The notes under the pieces were generated by a model that made no database searches, was not told where the DNA came from, and saw only the letters and a list, made by a program, of their open reading frames with translations. A DNA stretch of 64,000 bases from Leptonemataceae bacterium. GTDB lineage: Bacteria; Spirochaetota; Leptospiria; Leptospirales; Leptonemataceae. The translations under genes and the position numbers were made by a program. Location of the stretch: assembly GCA_965227295.1 (NCBI GenBank), contig OZ245742.1, positions 3,296,001-3,360,000 of the forward strand, in the 5' to 3' direction. Positions 1 through 9,292 of the stretch are shown here, piece after piece (position 1 is the stretch's first letter; each line of letters starts with the position of its first letter).

Positions 1-1293
1 GTTCCAGCCGTCCAGCTCCAGCTCCGGATCGGCGCCGGCCTTGAGGAGGGCCTCCACCACGTCCGCGTGACCGAACCAGGCGGCATACATCAGCGCGGTC
101 CAGCGGCCGTTGTTGCGAGCGTTCGGATCGGCGCCGCGAGCGAGCAGGTCCTGCGCTCTTTTTCCGTCGCCGTCATAGGCGCTGCGCAGAAGCGGCACGT
201 TCAACGAAGGATCGATGGTGACGTTCGTGTCGTCGTCCGCATCGTCGGCATCATCATTCGAATCTTCGTCGCTCACCGCCGCGTCCGGATCGATGAACGT
301 GACGGTGTATTCGAAACTCTCGGCCTTGCCGGCGACCATTACGTTGCCGATCTTAACATCAATTGAGATATCTTTAGTGGGACGGTTGTAATCGTTCTGA
401 TGCGTGGCCCGGGGCAGGCCCGTCGGATACCAGACCAGGATGTGTCCGTTCGTTTCTTTGCGCACGGATACGTTGCGGCCGTTCATGGTCAGGCGAACCG
501 TGGCGCGTTTGTGATCGGCGTTCTCGCCGAAGTGCTGGAAGGACCAGGGATGGCCGGAGTCGTAGCCGTGGCGGTAGGGCATGTAACCCGCGGCCGGCCA
601 GGCCACGGATTCGATGCCGGCCACTTCTTCTTCGGAGCGCCAGTCGCCGAACACGTAGAGGGCGTGCGCGCGTTTGCTCGAACCGCTGCCGAGGACCTTC
701 TGCCGCGGATGCAACGCCCACACGCGATGGCCGACGGCACCCACGCCCGCGTCCTGAATGTAGGCGTCGATGGCGCTCGGGCCGACGCAGCCCAGGCACA
801 GATTCGAAGAGCCGGCGCCTTTTTTACCGGCCGCGCTGTAGCACGGCCAGTTCGGCCCCGGGCCGTGGCTCAGGTCGTTCTTCGCTTCCATCATCAACGC
901 CGCGGCGCGGGCGGGGGCGTTGTATTTTTCGTCGAAGCTGACATCGGCCGGCACGCCGGCCATGGCGCGATAGTAGCGCAGGTTCTGGAGCGTCGCCGCA
1001 TCGTAGGCCGCGCTGTTGTTGCCGACTTTACACGAACTCGTGCTGCCGGTCCAGGCGTTGGGCACGCCATCATGGGGAACGTAATTCTTCTTATAAAAAG
1101 CCGCCACGGCACTGCGATTGCTGACGTCGACGCTGAGCGCACGGCCGGTGCTGCGTGCGCGAACACGTTGCACTCCGTCCGGCGCGCGGAAGTCCGGGGC
1201 TTCGCCGGTTTTCGTGGAATCAGCGGGTTGGGCGATGAGCGCGGCGGTGGTGAGGGTGAGGATGACGGTGGTGCGAACGACGGGAAAGCGCAT
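1..1293 (-). CDS. Secreted CAP/SCP-like domain protein with C-terminal ankyrin repeats (3' end runs off the window; absent from the ORF track)
   Basis: Manual translation from ATG at 1293: MRFPVVRTTVILTLTTAALIAQ (signal-like), NLRYYRAMAG, LSHGPGPNWPC, GHRVWALHP (CAP-like), an acidic linker, then LLARGADPNARNNGRWTALMYAAWFGHADVVEALLKAGADP (ankyrin). Confidence 0.8.
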   Translation of the reverse strand, partial: MRFPVVRTTVILTLTTAALIAQPADSTKTGEAPDFRAPDGVQRVRARSTGRALSVDVSNRSAVAAFYKKNYVPHDGVPNAWTGSTSSCKVGNNSAAYDAATLQNLRYYRAMAGVPADVSFDEKYNAPARAAALMMEAKNDLSHGPGPNWPCYSAAGKKGAGSSNLCLGCVGPSAIDAYIQDAGVGAVGHRVWALHPRQKVLGSGSSKRAHALYVFGDWRSEEEVAGIESVAWPAAGYMPYRHGYDSGHPWSFQHFGENADHKRATVRLTMNGRNVSVRKETNGHILVWYPTGLPRATHQNDYNRPTKDISIDVKIGNVMVAGKAESFEYTVTFIDPDAAVSDEDSNDDADDADDDTNVTIDPSLNVPLLRSAYDGDGKRAQDLLARGADPNARNNGRWTALMYAAWFGHADVVEALLKAGADPELELDGWN

Positions 1294-1515
1294 GATGGGA
1301 TGTTGGACGAATCGGCGCACGGCCGCGAGCGATTTTTTCTGGGGAGAGGTGGCTCCGACGACGACAATAATTCCGGTGCCTCCTCCAGGATGCATCGCAA
1401 GAGCCTATGGGGGCGACGACTTGAGGAAAGTCTCGCGAGGCGGCTCTCTGCCACAACCGCTTTAAATTTGAGTGACCGGGGCAACTTGCCAGGTATGATT
1501 TCCGTTCGCATCTTT

Positions 1516-1632
1516 GCGTTAGCGATGTGCAGGGTCGCGCGTAGCGCGAGTCCGAAGGACCGAAGCCGAAGGCGGAGCCCGGAGCAGCGCGACGGCCCGC
1601 CGCTTTCGCGGCGCGGCGGGCCGGAACGCCCC
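1516..1632 (+). repeat. Structured intergenic repeat, family A, copy 1
   Basis: GCGTTAGCGAT...GGGTCGCGCGTAGCGCGAGTCCGAAGGACCGAAGCCGAAGGCGGAGCCCGGAGCAGCGCG...ACGCCC; homologous to the reverse complement of 63231-63336. Confidence 0.8.
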
Positions 1633-1773
1633 AAAAAACAATGCGAGGAAGCCCCTGTGTTTCGTCCTCTATCCGTAGGACTTGAATCATGTAGAAGCCT
1701 GCTCAAGAACGTGTAAGATCAAAACAACTGATTTACAGTCTCCACCGTCTGATCCATGTCATGTCGAACTGAT

Positions 1774-1983
1774 ATGGATCTTGACGATGAATTCTACAGG
1801 AAAGTTCGCGATCTCACCGCCGCCGACTTCGACGGTCACACCGAGTTTCACCGGCTCACTCCGGCCCAGCGCCTCGCGTGGCTCTCCGCGGCCGTGAAGT
1901 TTTATTACGAGAACACGAAAGAATTGCCGCCGCGCCTCCGGCCGCCCGGCCAGGCAGAGATCGATTTCTGGACGCGGGAGTGA
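1774..1983 (+). CDS. Small hypothetical protein
   Basis: ORF MDLDDEFYRKVRDLTAADFDGHTEFHRLTPAQRLAWLS with protein-like composition; no family recognised. Confidence 0.55.
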   Translation: MDLDDEFYRKVRDLTAADFDGHTEFHRLTPAQRLAWLSAAVKFYYENTKELPPRLRPPGQAEIDFWTRE

Positions 1984-2008
1984 GCAATAAGGGAAGAGTC
2001 TTTCACAA

Positions 2009-2167
2009 CGAGGACCGAGGTACCGAGGAGAAGAGGTGGCGGTTTTTCGGTGAAAGGACATCGGGTTGCTATTTCTTTCGTCTTGTTTTTTATCATTCCG
2101 CGATCCTTGCCGCACGATGTCCCTTCATGACCACCTCCGTTTCTTTCCCTCGGTACCTCGGTCCTCG
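2009..2167. repeat. REPIN-like inverted repeat pair, family C
   Basis: CGAGGACCGAGGTACCGAGG at 2009-2028 and its exact reverse complement at 2148-2167. Confidence 0.85.
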
Positions 2168-2241
2168 GAGTATGAATATTTCATTAAATCCCGCGCAAAC
2201 CCCGCCGATATTAAGAAACGGCCCCTCGTGTCCGAACGCCA

Positions 2242-4260
2242 ATGAAGCAGATGATCCGCCACAGCCACGCCGTTCTATTCGCCGCGCTGCTTGCAGGCTT
2301 TGCCGGGGCCGTGCATGCGCAGAGCGATCCGGCGGAAGCCGTCTCCGGCGCGCACATCCTGGAAAACCTCGGACTCCCGAACTGGCAGGGCCACGACTAC
2401 GCGCCGCAGATTTCGCCGAACGGGGAGTTCTTGATCTTCCAGTCCGATCGCCCCGGCCGCTACGAAGGACACAATCTCTGGTATACGCGCAACGCGAACT
2501 ATAGCGATCGTTTCGGCAAGCCGGACTGGGCCGTGCCGATTCCGTTGTCCTTGCCCCCGGGCAAGCCGGCGACGCCGACGATGAAGATCGTGCGACCGGT
2601 GGGAACCCTGGAGGATCCGGACGGCGGCTTCACTGTAAACAGCGACGGCTTCGAGGGCATGGCCTCGGTAGTTTACCGGAACGGACAGCCGGTGGAGCTC
2701 TACTTCACTTCGCCGCGTCGTAATGATGCCGGCGGTTATGCCGGCTTGAACATCTACTACACGCGCTTTCGCGATCAACGCTGGTCCGCGCCCATCCATC
2801 TCAACGAAATCAACACGAACTTCGACGATCGCATGCCCGTGGTCTCCCACGACGGCAAACACATGTACTTCGTTTCGAACCGTCCGGGCGGCTTCGGCGG
2901 CAACGACATCTGGTACAGTTATCGCGAGTTGCATACGAAGAACGCGAAGGATCCGGACTTCGGTTCGTGGACGAAACCGGTCAACGCGGGCGAGGCCTGG
3001 AACACGCGCTTTCACGAAAACGCGCCGTCGCTTTCGCCGGACGGTGAGATCTTTTTCTTTTCCTCGGATCGGCCCGGCGGTTTCGGTCACTACGATCTCT
3101 ACTTCAGTCGACGCAACGGAAACATCTGGGAACAACCGAAGAACCTGGGCGCCGACTTCAACAGCAGCCGCGACGACGAATTCTTCTCCATGACTCACGA
3201 CGGCCTGTGGGCTTACTTCGCTTCGGATCGTCGACAGGATGATGCGCGGGGTGAGTTTGATCTGTATCGTCGTAGTCTGCCCGAGTGGCTGCGCATGAAC
3301 GTTAAGGTCCTGTTCACCGGCCAGGTTCTCGACGGTTCCACGCGCCGGCCCCTGGGTGTGTCCGCGACGATCAAAATCTACTACGAACGTGAAACGATGG
3401 TCCTGCGTTCGTCGGTGTTTCGCAAAGATCCCGCGTTGAACGAAAGCGAGTACGAAAACAATTTTCACACGACGCTGGATGCCGGCCGGCGCTATCGCGT
3501 TGTAATCTCCGCGCCCGGTTTTTATCCCGAAGAACTGAGCCTCGATTACACCGGCGCAAATCCGCCGAAGAAACTCGACCGGCGCGTGATCGTCCTGCAA
3601 CCCATTAAGATCGAACCGGTGGAGCCCGAGAAACGCCTGCGCTCCGAGGAGGGCGTCGTGGTGGATGCGGAGAGCGGTCTGCGCATTCCCGGCCCGGCGG
3701 CGCGTCTCAACCTCAGCGTGGAAGGCGAGGATCCGGTACCGGTGGAAGTGGATGAGAACGGCCGCTTCCGGATTTTCGTTCCCGAAGATACCGTCTTCAA
3801 CCTGCGGGCCGAAGCCCAACAGTACGAAAGCAAGACCGAAACGTTAAGCTATGATCCCGATCGCGAGCAAATTGTGATGGCGCTCAAACCGCTCAAGGAT
3901 GTGCCGCCGTGTCCGGACAATCAAAAGGTCGAATGCATTTACTCGCTGCGCATCTTCTTCGAATTTCGTGAGTCGGAACTTCGTAATACCGAGGCGGAGA
4001 AGATTAACGCCGTCGCCCGCATTATGAAAGCGAATCCCACCGTGAGCATTCGTCTGATCGGCCACACCGATCGCATCGGCGGTGATCAGTACAACCTGCG
4101 GTTGTCCGAGTCCCGCGCAAGAAGCGTACGGGACGCCTTAATCGCACGGGGTATCGCAGCCGATAGATTAAAGATAGAAGGGCGGGGAAAACTCGAACCT
4201 TACGATCCGAACGATCGTGCCCTGAACAGGCGCGTGGAGTTTCGTGAGGTCAAAGAGTGA
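2242..4260 (+). CDS. OmpA-family protein with PD40 (WD40-like) repeats
   Basis: Signal peptide; repeated F.S.RPGGFG.D motifs; C-terminal GHTDRIG..YNLRLSESRA..LNRRVEF OmpA domain. Confidence 0.9.
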   Translation: MKQMIRHSHAVLFAALLAGFAGAVHAQSDPAEAVSGAHILENLGLPNWQGHDYAPQISPNGEFLIFQSDRPGRYEGHNLWYTRNANYSDRFGKPDWAVPIPLSLPPGKPATPTMKIVRPVGTLEDPDGGFTVNSDGFEGMASVVYRNGQPVELYFTSPRRNDAGGYAGLNIYYTRFRDQRWSAPIHLNEINTNFDDRMPVVSHDGKHMYFVSNRPGGFGGNDIWYSYRELHTKNAKDPDFGSWTKPVNAGEAWNTRFHENAPSLSPDGEIFFFSSDRPGGFGHYDLYFSRRNGNIWEQPKNLGADFNSSRDDEFFSMTHDGLWAYFASDRRQDDARGEFDLYRRSLPEWLRMNVKVLFTGQVLDGSTRRPLGVSATIKIYYERETMVLRSSVFRKDPALNESEYENNFHTTLDAGRRYRVVISAPGFYPEELSLDYTGANPPKKLDRRVIVLQPIKIEPVEPEKRLRSEEGVVVDAESGLRIPGPAARLNLSVEGEDPVPVEVDENGRFRIFVPEDTVFNLRAEAQQYESKTETLSYDPDREQIVMALKPLKDVPPCPDNQKVECIYSLRIFFEFRESELRNTEAEKINAVARIMKANPTVSIRLIGHTDRIGGDQYNLRLSESRARSVRDALIARGIAADRLKIEGRGKLEPYDPNDRALNRRVEFREVKE

Positions 4261-4443
4261 ACGCTTGTTCCGGTTATTGGAAGCTAACAGTTCTTTAACA
4301 ATCAAGAAACAGGTCTGTTTCAGTTTATAAAAAGATTCGTTAAATTTTTGCTTTTGTTTCGTCCAACGGAACAGTAATCTGCTCTGACGATTAAATTTTC
4401 TAAAAGAAACCGGGCTCAGGCCGGGGTTAAGCTGTTACACGTT

Positions 4444-5694
4444 ATGTCACAACAATCTATGGCTATGCAATCAGCCGGGCGGAGCGCTTCCGCGGGCACC
4501 GTGGACAAACCAGGAGCAGGCCGGGGACGCACCGTGGAACCGACAACGATTACCAGACAGGGACGGGATTGGGATTTCATTCGCGAACGCGAAAAACTCG
4601 ACTACCTGATCCTCGAAAAGCTTAAGACTGTACGATTTTATCTTAAGAACACCGATCCGCCCGCGGAGTTTTACGTCGGCGAACAAAAAGAAGGAAACAT
4701 CCTCTTTCACTGCCCGCCGGACGCGGTTCTGCAGGACGAGGGCAAACTCACGCTCTATTCCACGCTCAAACGCCAGGTCGAACTGGACTTCGAAATCAAG
4801 GGCCGCCCCGATCCTGGCGCCGTCTTTCTGACGCCGGTGGAAGGTCGCATCTCCAGGGCCGATCGCGAGTTCCCGCGCATCAACAACGATCGCCACGCCA
4901 TTCATGCGGCGAATTTCCAGGTGTCGACTTCGGAGATCGCCGTGGACAATACGCGCGCCCACGTTGCAAACAAAGTCATCTACACCGAATTCGAAAAACG
5001 CCTGGCCCAGGAATTCCCGGGCATGAAGATTTACGACTACGCCACGCGCGAGCGTCCCCAGGCCACGAAGTACCTGAACAAACGCAACGAGGCGATTCTG
5101 GTCGAGAACGTCGCCGACTTCTCCACGTACGGTTCCAGCGGTCCCGGCATCGCGGACTACTACGAGATCCTCGTGGACGAAGACGAGATGCTGCCGGAGA
5201 AGGTCCGCCGCGCGTACCTCGAACGTCAGTTGCAATCGTTGCTCGTGCAGCCGATCCTCTACGAAATGACGAACGGTTCGAAGTTGCCCATCGCGTTCTT
5301 CTACGCGGAGATTCCTCACGGACATGAGCCCCTGGATCTCTCGGCGGTGGAGCGTCTTAAGGACATCGGCGAGGAAATCATCCATCGCATCGAGGACGCG
5401 TCGCTCGTGACCGTGAAGGAAAAGCAGAACGTGGTCAACGTTTCCGAGGGCGGGGTGGCACTTGAGTTGACCCACCCGGACCTTGTGAAATACGTGCCCT
5501 TACGCAGGCAGGTTACGTTCGACCTCGTCTTTCGCATGCAGGCTCCGCTGCGTTTCCGCGGCCGGGTGCAGCACGTGCAGAAGAACGGAACCGGCGGAGT
5601 CGTCGTGGGCGTAAGCCTCGAGGGCACGGGTCACAGCGATCACCGTACCGGAGCGCGCGAACGTCTGCGTAGCCTGATCAACTCGGTCAAGTAG
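4444..5694 (+). CDS. DUF1577-like / PilZ-domain protein
   Basis: REFPR motif and C-terminal NVSEGG PilZ-like motif; architecture matches leptospiral DUF1577 proteins as recalled. Confidence 0.65.
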   Translation: MSQQSMAMQSAGRSASAGTVDKPGAGRGRTVEPTTITRQGRDWDFIREREKLDYLILEKLKTVRFYLKNTDPPAEFYVGEQKEGNILFHCPPDAVLQDEGKLTLYSTLKRQVELDFEIKGRPDPGAVFLTPVEGRISRADREFPRINNDRHAIHAANFQVSTSEIAVDNTRAHVANKVIYTEFEKRLAQEFPGMKIYDYATRERPQATKYLNKRNEAILVENVADFSTYGSSGPGIADYYEILVDEDEMLPEKVRRAYLERQLQSLLVQPILYEMTNGSKLPIAFFYAEIPHGHEPLDLSAVERLKDIGEEIIHRIEDASLVTVKEKQNVVNVSEGGVALELTHPDLVKYVPLRRQVTFDLVFRMQAPLRFRGRVQHVQKNGTGGVVVGVSLEGTGHSDHRTGARERLRSLINSVK

Positions 5695-5727
5695 TACCGG
5701 TCATGAGACCGGTACCGGCCTGCGCAT

Positions 5728-7071
5728 TTGCTCGTGGCAGTCTCCGTTAAACCGTACATTGGATCCCGGGACTTTTATCCCGACAGCATAACGTTCCGCA
5801 ACTGGATGTTCGGAGTGCAGGCCGAGGTCTGCCGTCGTTACGGTTACGAGGAGTACGCCGCTCCGTTGCTTGAGCCGCTCGACCTGTACCGCGCGAAGTC
5901 TTCCGAAGAAATCGTTTCCGATCAGCTCTATCGTTTCACCGATCGCGGTGAGCGCGAGGTGGCCATTCGCCCCGAGCTCACGCCGACCCTGGCGCGCATG
6001 GTGGCGGCGCGTTTGCAAGAGCTGCCGCGCCCCATCCGCTGGTTCAACATCGGCAACTTCATGCGTTACGAGCGCCCCGGTCGCGGGCGCCTGCGCGAGT
6101 TCTTTCAGTTGAACGTGGACATGCTGGGCCCGGACAACGCGGCCGCGGACGCCGAAATCTTAATGCTCGCTCTGGATATCTTAAGCGGATACCGCGCCGA
6201 TGCCTCCATGTTCGAGGTGCGCTACAGCGACCGACGTTTGCTGGAGGCCTTCTTCGAAGGTTACGATTCCGAAAAGGTCCGCGCGATTTCGCGCATCATC
6301 GACAAACGGGACAAAATCAAGGCCGAAGAGTTCCAGGGACTCCTCGCCAACGAGTTTCAGGGCACGCCGGACGATGCGTCCGCCGGCATTGCAAAAGTAG
6401 AGGAACTGCTCGCGCTTACGAACGACGAACTCGCGCAGCGGGCCGGGGACTCCGGCGGATTCGGCGAAGTCGCCGCTCGTCTCGCGGACTTCCGTGCTTT
6501 CATGGACGGCCAGGGCTACGGCGATGCGCTGCGTTTCGATCCTTCGATCGTGCGCGGCTTTGACTATTATACCGGCTTCATTTTTGAAATCTACGATCGT
6601 GATCCGGAGAACAACCGCGCGTTGTTCGGCGGCGGTCGTTACAACAAACTCGTGGGCCTCTTCGGGAAAAACGAAATCCCCGCCGTGGGTTTCGGCATGG
6701 GCGACGTCACCCTTGAGAACTTCATCCGCTCGCACGATCTTACGCCGGCTGCGCTGGGTGAGCCCGCCGGCGTTTTCGTCGCCCTCATGGCGGACGAACT
6801 GCTTCCGGAAACCGCGAAGCTCGCCGGGGAATTGCGGAAGGCCGGCGTGGACGTCGAGCTCAGCCTGGAGGTCACGAAGAAGTTCGGCAAGCAATTCGAG
6901 CTGGCTGAAAAAAAGAGCCGCCGCTTCGTGTTAATCCTCGGTGAGAGTGAGTTAGCGAACGGGTTGGTGCGTGTGAAGGATCTGAAGAGCGGCGAGCAGG
7001 ATGATGTGCCGCGCGCCGATGTCGCCGCGAAGTTGTTGGGATCGATTCCGAAAAAATTCGAGGCCGATTAA
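5728..7071 (+). CDS. hisS: Histidine--tRNA ligase
   Basis: GSRDFYP, RPELTPTLAR, RYERPGRGRLREFFQ, VRGFDYYTG, GGGRY motifs; start codon uncertain. Confidence 0.97.
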   Translation: MLVAVSVKPYIGSRDFYPDSITFRNWMFGVQAEVCRRYGYEEYAAPLLEPLDLYRAKSSEEIVSDQLYRFTDRGEREVAIRPELTPTLARMVAARLQELPRPIRWFNIGNFMRYERPGRGRLREFFQLNVDMLGPDNAAADAEILMLALDILSGYRADASMFEVRYSDRRLLEAFFEGYDSEKVRAISRIIDKRDKIKAEEFQGLLANEFQGTPDDASAGIAKVEELLALTNDELAQRAGDSGGFGEVAARLADFRAFMDGQGYGDALRFDPSIVRGFDYYTGFIFEIYDRDPENNRALFGGGRYNKLVGLFGKNEIPAVGFGMGDVTLENFIRSHDLTPAALGEPAGVFVALMADELLPETAKLAGELRKAGVDVELSLEVTKKFGKQFELAEKKSRRFVLILGESELANGLVRVKDLKSGEQDDVPRADVAAKLLGSIPKKFEAD

Positions 7072-7125
7072 AAAAATCCCGCGGAGCATCCGGAATCTGT
7101 CACACCCCGATGCTATCATGGCGGG

Positions 7126-7615
7126 ATGCCGTACGACGCCGCCTCAAAATACTTGATGCAACTCTCCGGCCGGCTCATTCTCCGGCGATTTCTGAAGTTG
7201 GATGTCACCCGCCTTGAGGCCGTCCAGGTCGAAGATGCGGCGGGAGGCCGAACAGAAGATCTGGAAAGCCGGGAATCTTTCGGATTACGAAAAAACGAGT
7301 TTACTGACGCTTTTTAGCATTTATACTGGATTGCACTATCCGAACCAGGCTGCGGAGTTCTTCCGGCGCAGGAGGCGATTTATGATTGAATCACCGATCT
7401 ATGAATTGATCAAGCGCGAGGGACTGCAAGAGGGCAAGCGCAAAGGATTGCAAGAGGGCAAGCGCAAAGGATTGCAAGAGGGCAAGCGCAAAGGATTGCA
7501 AGAGGGCAAACTGGAGACAGCGCGCCGCATGCTCGCGCGAGGCCTGGATCTCCCCACGGTCCTTGAGTGCACGGGCCTTACCGAAGATGACCTTCGGGCG
7601 CACGAAATCGTCTGA
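7126..7615 (+). pseudogene. Rpn-family (recombination-promoting nuclease / PD-(D/E)XK transposase-like) remnant, internally deleted or frameshifted
   Basis: N-terminus MPYDAASKYL in one frame (7126-7317); typical C-terminus [40 protein letters not shown] in another frame; nuclease core missing. Confidence 0.65.
7421..7510 (+). repeat. 24-bp tandem repeat, about 3.7 copies (GLQEGKRK)
   Basis: GGATTGCAAGAGGGCAAGCGCAAA repeated head to tail; the first copy has one mismatch. Confidence 0.95.
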
Positions 7616-7630
7616 CTATCCTGATCGATC

Positions 7631-7834
7631 ATGAAGCGCCTCGTGGTTCCTGTGTTGCTCTGTTGTACGCTGGGCCTGGCCCCGTTATTACCGGAGCCGC
7701 ATCTCTGGAAACAGTTTCTGAATCTGAGTCAGGGCCGCCCGATGGCCGTGTTGGACTGGGTTGATGTCGTAATGCACGGCGCGCCGTTTGTTTGGTTGGT
7801 GGTGGAGATTGTGCGGTGGCGTTCCCCTGCGTGA
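7631..7834 (+). CDS. Small membrane protein
   Basis: 67 aa with two hydrophobic segments; LGLAP..PEPHLW..DW.DVVMHGAP. Confidence 0.7.
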   Translation: MKRLVVPVLLCCTLGLAPLLPEPHLWKQFLNLSQGRPMAVLDWVDVVMHGAPFVWLVVEIVRWRSPA

Positions 7835-7870
7835 AGTGCCTGTGTGCGGCCTATCATTGTTCGCCCGCCG

Positions 7871-8491
7871 CTACCACGGGGATCTGCTCGTCTGGGCCTT
7901 TATTTTATGGGCAAGATGGGCATCAAACTTAACTCCAAAAGTTGCCCATGTCTCGTAGAATCCCTGCAACTGAGACTTATGAACGGTTGTGCTTTTCCCA
8001 TGCACGATTTCATTTCTGAGTTTCGTAAAATCATTAAGTTTGGCGCGTAAATTCTTATTGTTTAGCTTCTGCCAGGACAATCCATCGAGAATATCTGTGA
8101 AGCCCAATGATTTAAATAATGTGATGATGTTCTGGGCATTCGGATTCGCTCGCGTACGAGCTATATCTAGAATTGCCTGAATGTCTTCAATTTGACCAGA
8201 AAAGATCGATGCCGCAGATTCCGCATAAACATCCGTGATGTAACCCTGTAGGTGGGCCGATAGTAGAGCTATGCCGGCAGCGTTCAGTGCTTGAACTTCT
8301 TTTGGGCGACCTCTGCCTGTTTCTTGTACAAGAACTTTTACAGCCTCTGCCACTGTGTTCAGATCTTTATTGCCGCCAGCAATTAGGCTTTCTGCCTTTT
8401 TGAGGCGTGTCAGCGCAGAATGAGCATCAAGCAATTGCTGGATTTCAGTCAGGCGATTCTCGAAATTGCTGAGTGCTTGCGATTTTCCCAT
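7871..8491 (-). CDS. HEPN-domain protein (putative RNase toxin or defence effector)
   Basis: LRNEIVHG (RxxxxH) and upstream helix ALLSAHLQGYI; DNA visibly AT-richer than its flanks; start ATG 8491 or 8503. Confidence 0.75.
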   Translation of the reverse strand: MGKSQALSNFENRLTEIQQLLDAHSALTRLKKAESLIAGGNKDLNTVAEAVKVLVQETGRGRPKEVQALNAAGIALLSAHLQGYITDVYAESAASIFSGQIEDIQAILDIARTRANPNAQNIITLFKSLGFTDILDGLSWQKLNNKNLRAKLNDFTKLRNEIVHGKSTTVHKSQLQGFYETWATFGVKFDAHLAHKIKAQTSRSPW

Positions 8492-8562
8492 ACGTGCAGT
8501 CATATTCTGAGTGAGTCGCCAATTCACACAAGGAATAAATCCGTATGATATATAAATCTTGC

Positions 8563-9273
8563 CTATTTCCGCTCGGTTAAAATCTCCATCCGCCGCTGCA
8601 CCGTCTCCAGGAACTCCGCCGGTTTCCGCCCTGCGATCTTCCATACCCGCTCCGGCACCTCACGCAAGACCTGCGCAAACAGCCGCTCGTCTAATATCTT
8701 CTCAACAAACGTTAACAACTTCCATCGATCGTTCTTGCACAGGAAGTGATTCGAGTACAATTGAGCCCGAAGCACGGCCATGGGCACCTGGAATAACGCG
8801 AGGCTGCCGTGGTCGAGGATCACGTAGTTGCCATCCTGGTCCTGCGCAATGTTCCGCGAAATCGTCCCGCGATCCGTGTTCAGAAAAAACAGGTCCAGCG
8901 TGAAGATGGCGTGCAGCACGTCTTGCGGGATCTTCACGTATTCCGCCGCGTCCAGTGTCCGCAGCTCCGGAACATATTCGAGGCCCAGGTTCATTCCAAA
9001 AGATTTCGTGAGGATGTCGTCGAACTCGTCGGTGCCGAAATTCCAGGGGAAACCGTCTTCGATTTCGATCCAGGCACAATCGGGCACGGGCCAACCAAAG
9101 AACTGCGCGATGCGATTCGCGACGAACTCCGAGATCAACGACAGCATGCCGTTGCCGGTCCCGTGCATTTTTACGACGAACTCGCGGTCGTCTTCGGTGC
9201 GCGCGAGCGTGGGAGAGGAACTGCCGGGAAACTGGTGAACGAATTCAGCGAGGCGCGGGTATGACTCTGGCAT
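8563..9273 (-). CDS. HipA-like (PI3/4-kinase-fold) kinase
   Basis: GSSSPTL, FVVKMHGTGNG, ISEFVA, DLFFLNTDR, RNI, ILDHGS. Confidence 0.8.
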   Translation of the reverse strand: MPESYPRLAEFVHQFPGSSSPTLARTEDDREFVVKMHGTGNGMLSLISEFVANRIAQFFGWPVPDCAWIEIEDGFPWNFGTDEFDDILTKSFGMNLGLEYVPELRTLDAAEYVKIPQDVLHAIFTLDLFFLNTDRGTISRNIAQDQDGNYVILDHGSLALFQVPMAVLRAQLYSNHFLCKNDRWKLLTFVEKILDERLFAQVLREVPERVWKIAGRKPAEFLETVQRRMEILTERK

Positions 9274-9292
9274 TGCTATGAATTGAGTGACT

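Noticed and set aside
400..1716. 438-aa plus-strand ORF
   Set aside because: Antisense shadow of the CAP/ankyrin gene; it also runs through repeat family A and has no recognisable motifs.
4261..4443. AT-rich intergenic stretch as a riboswitch or ncRNA
   Set aside because: No recognisable aptamer or strong structure; probably an ordinary promoter region.
7835..8562. Integron cassette or IS boundaries around the HEPN gene
   Set aside because: No convincing attC site, terminal inverted repeat or target duplication could be identified by eye.
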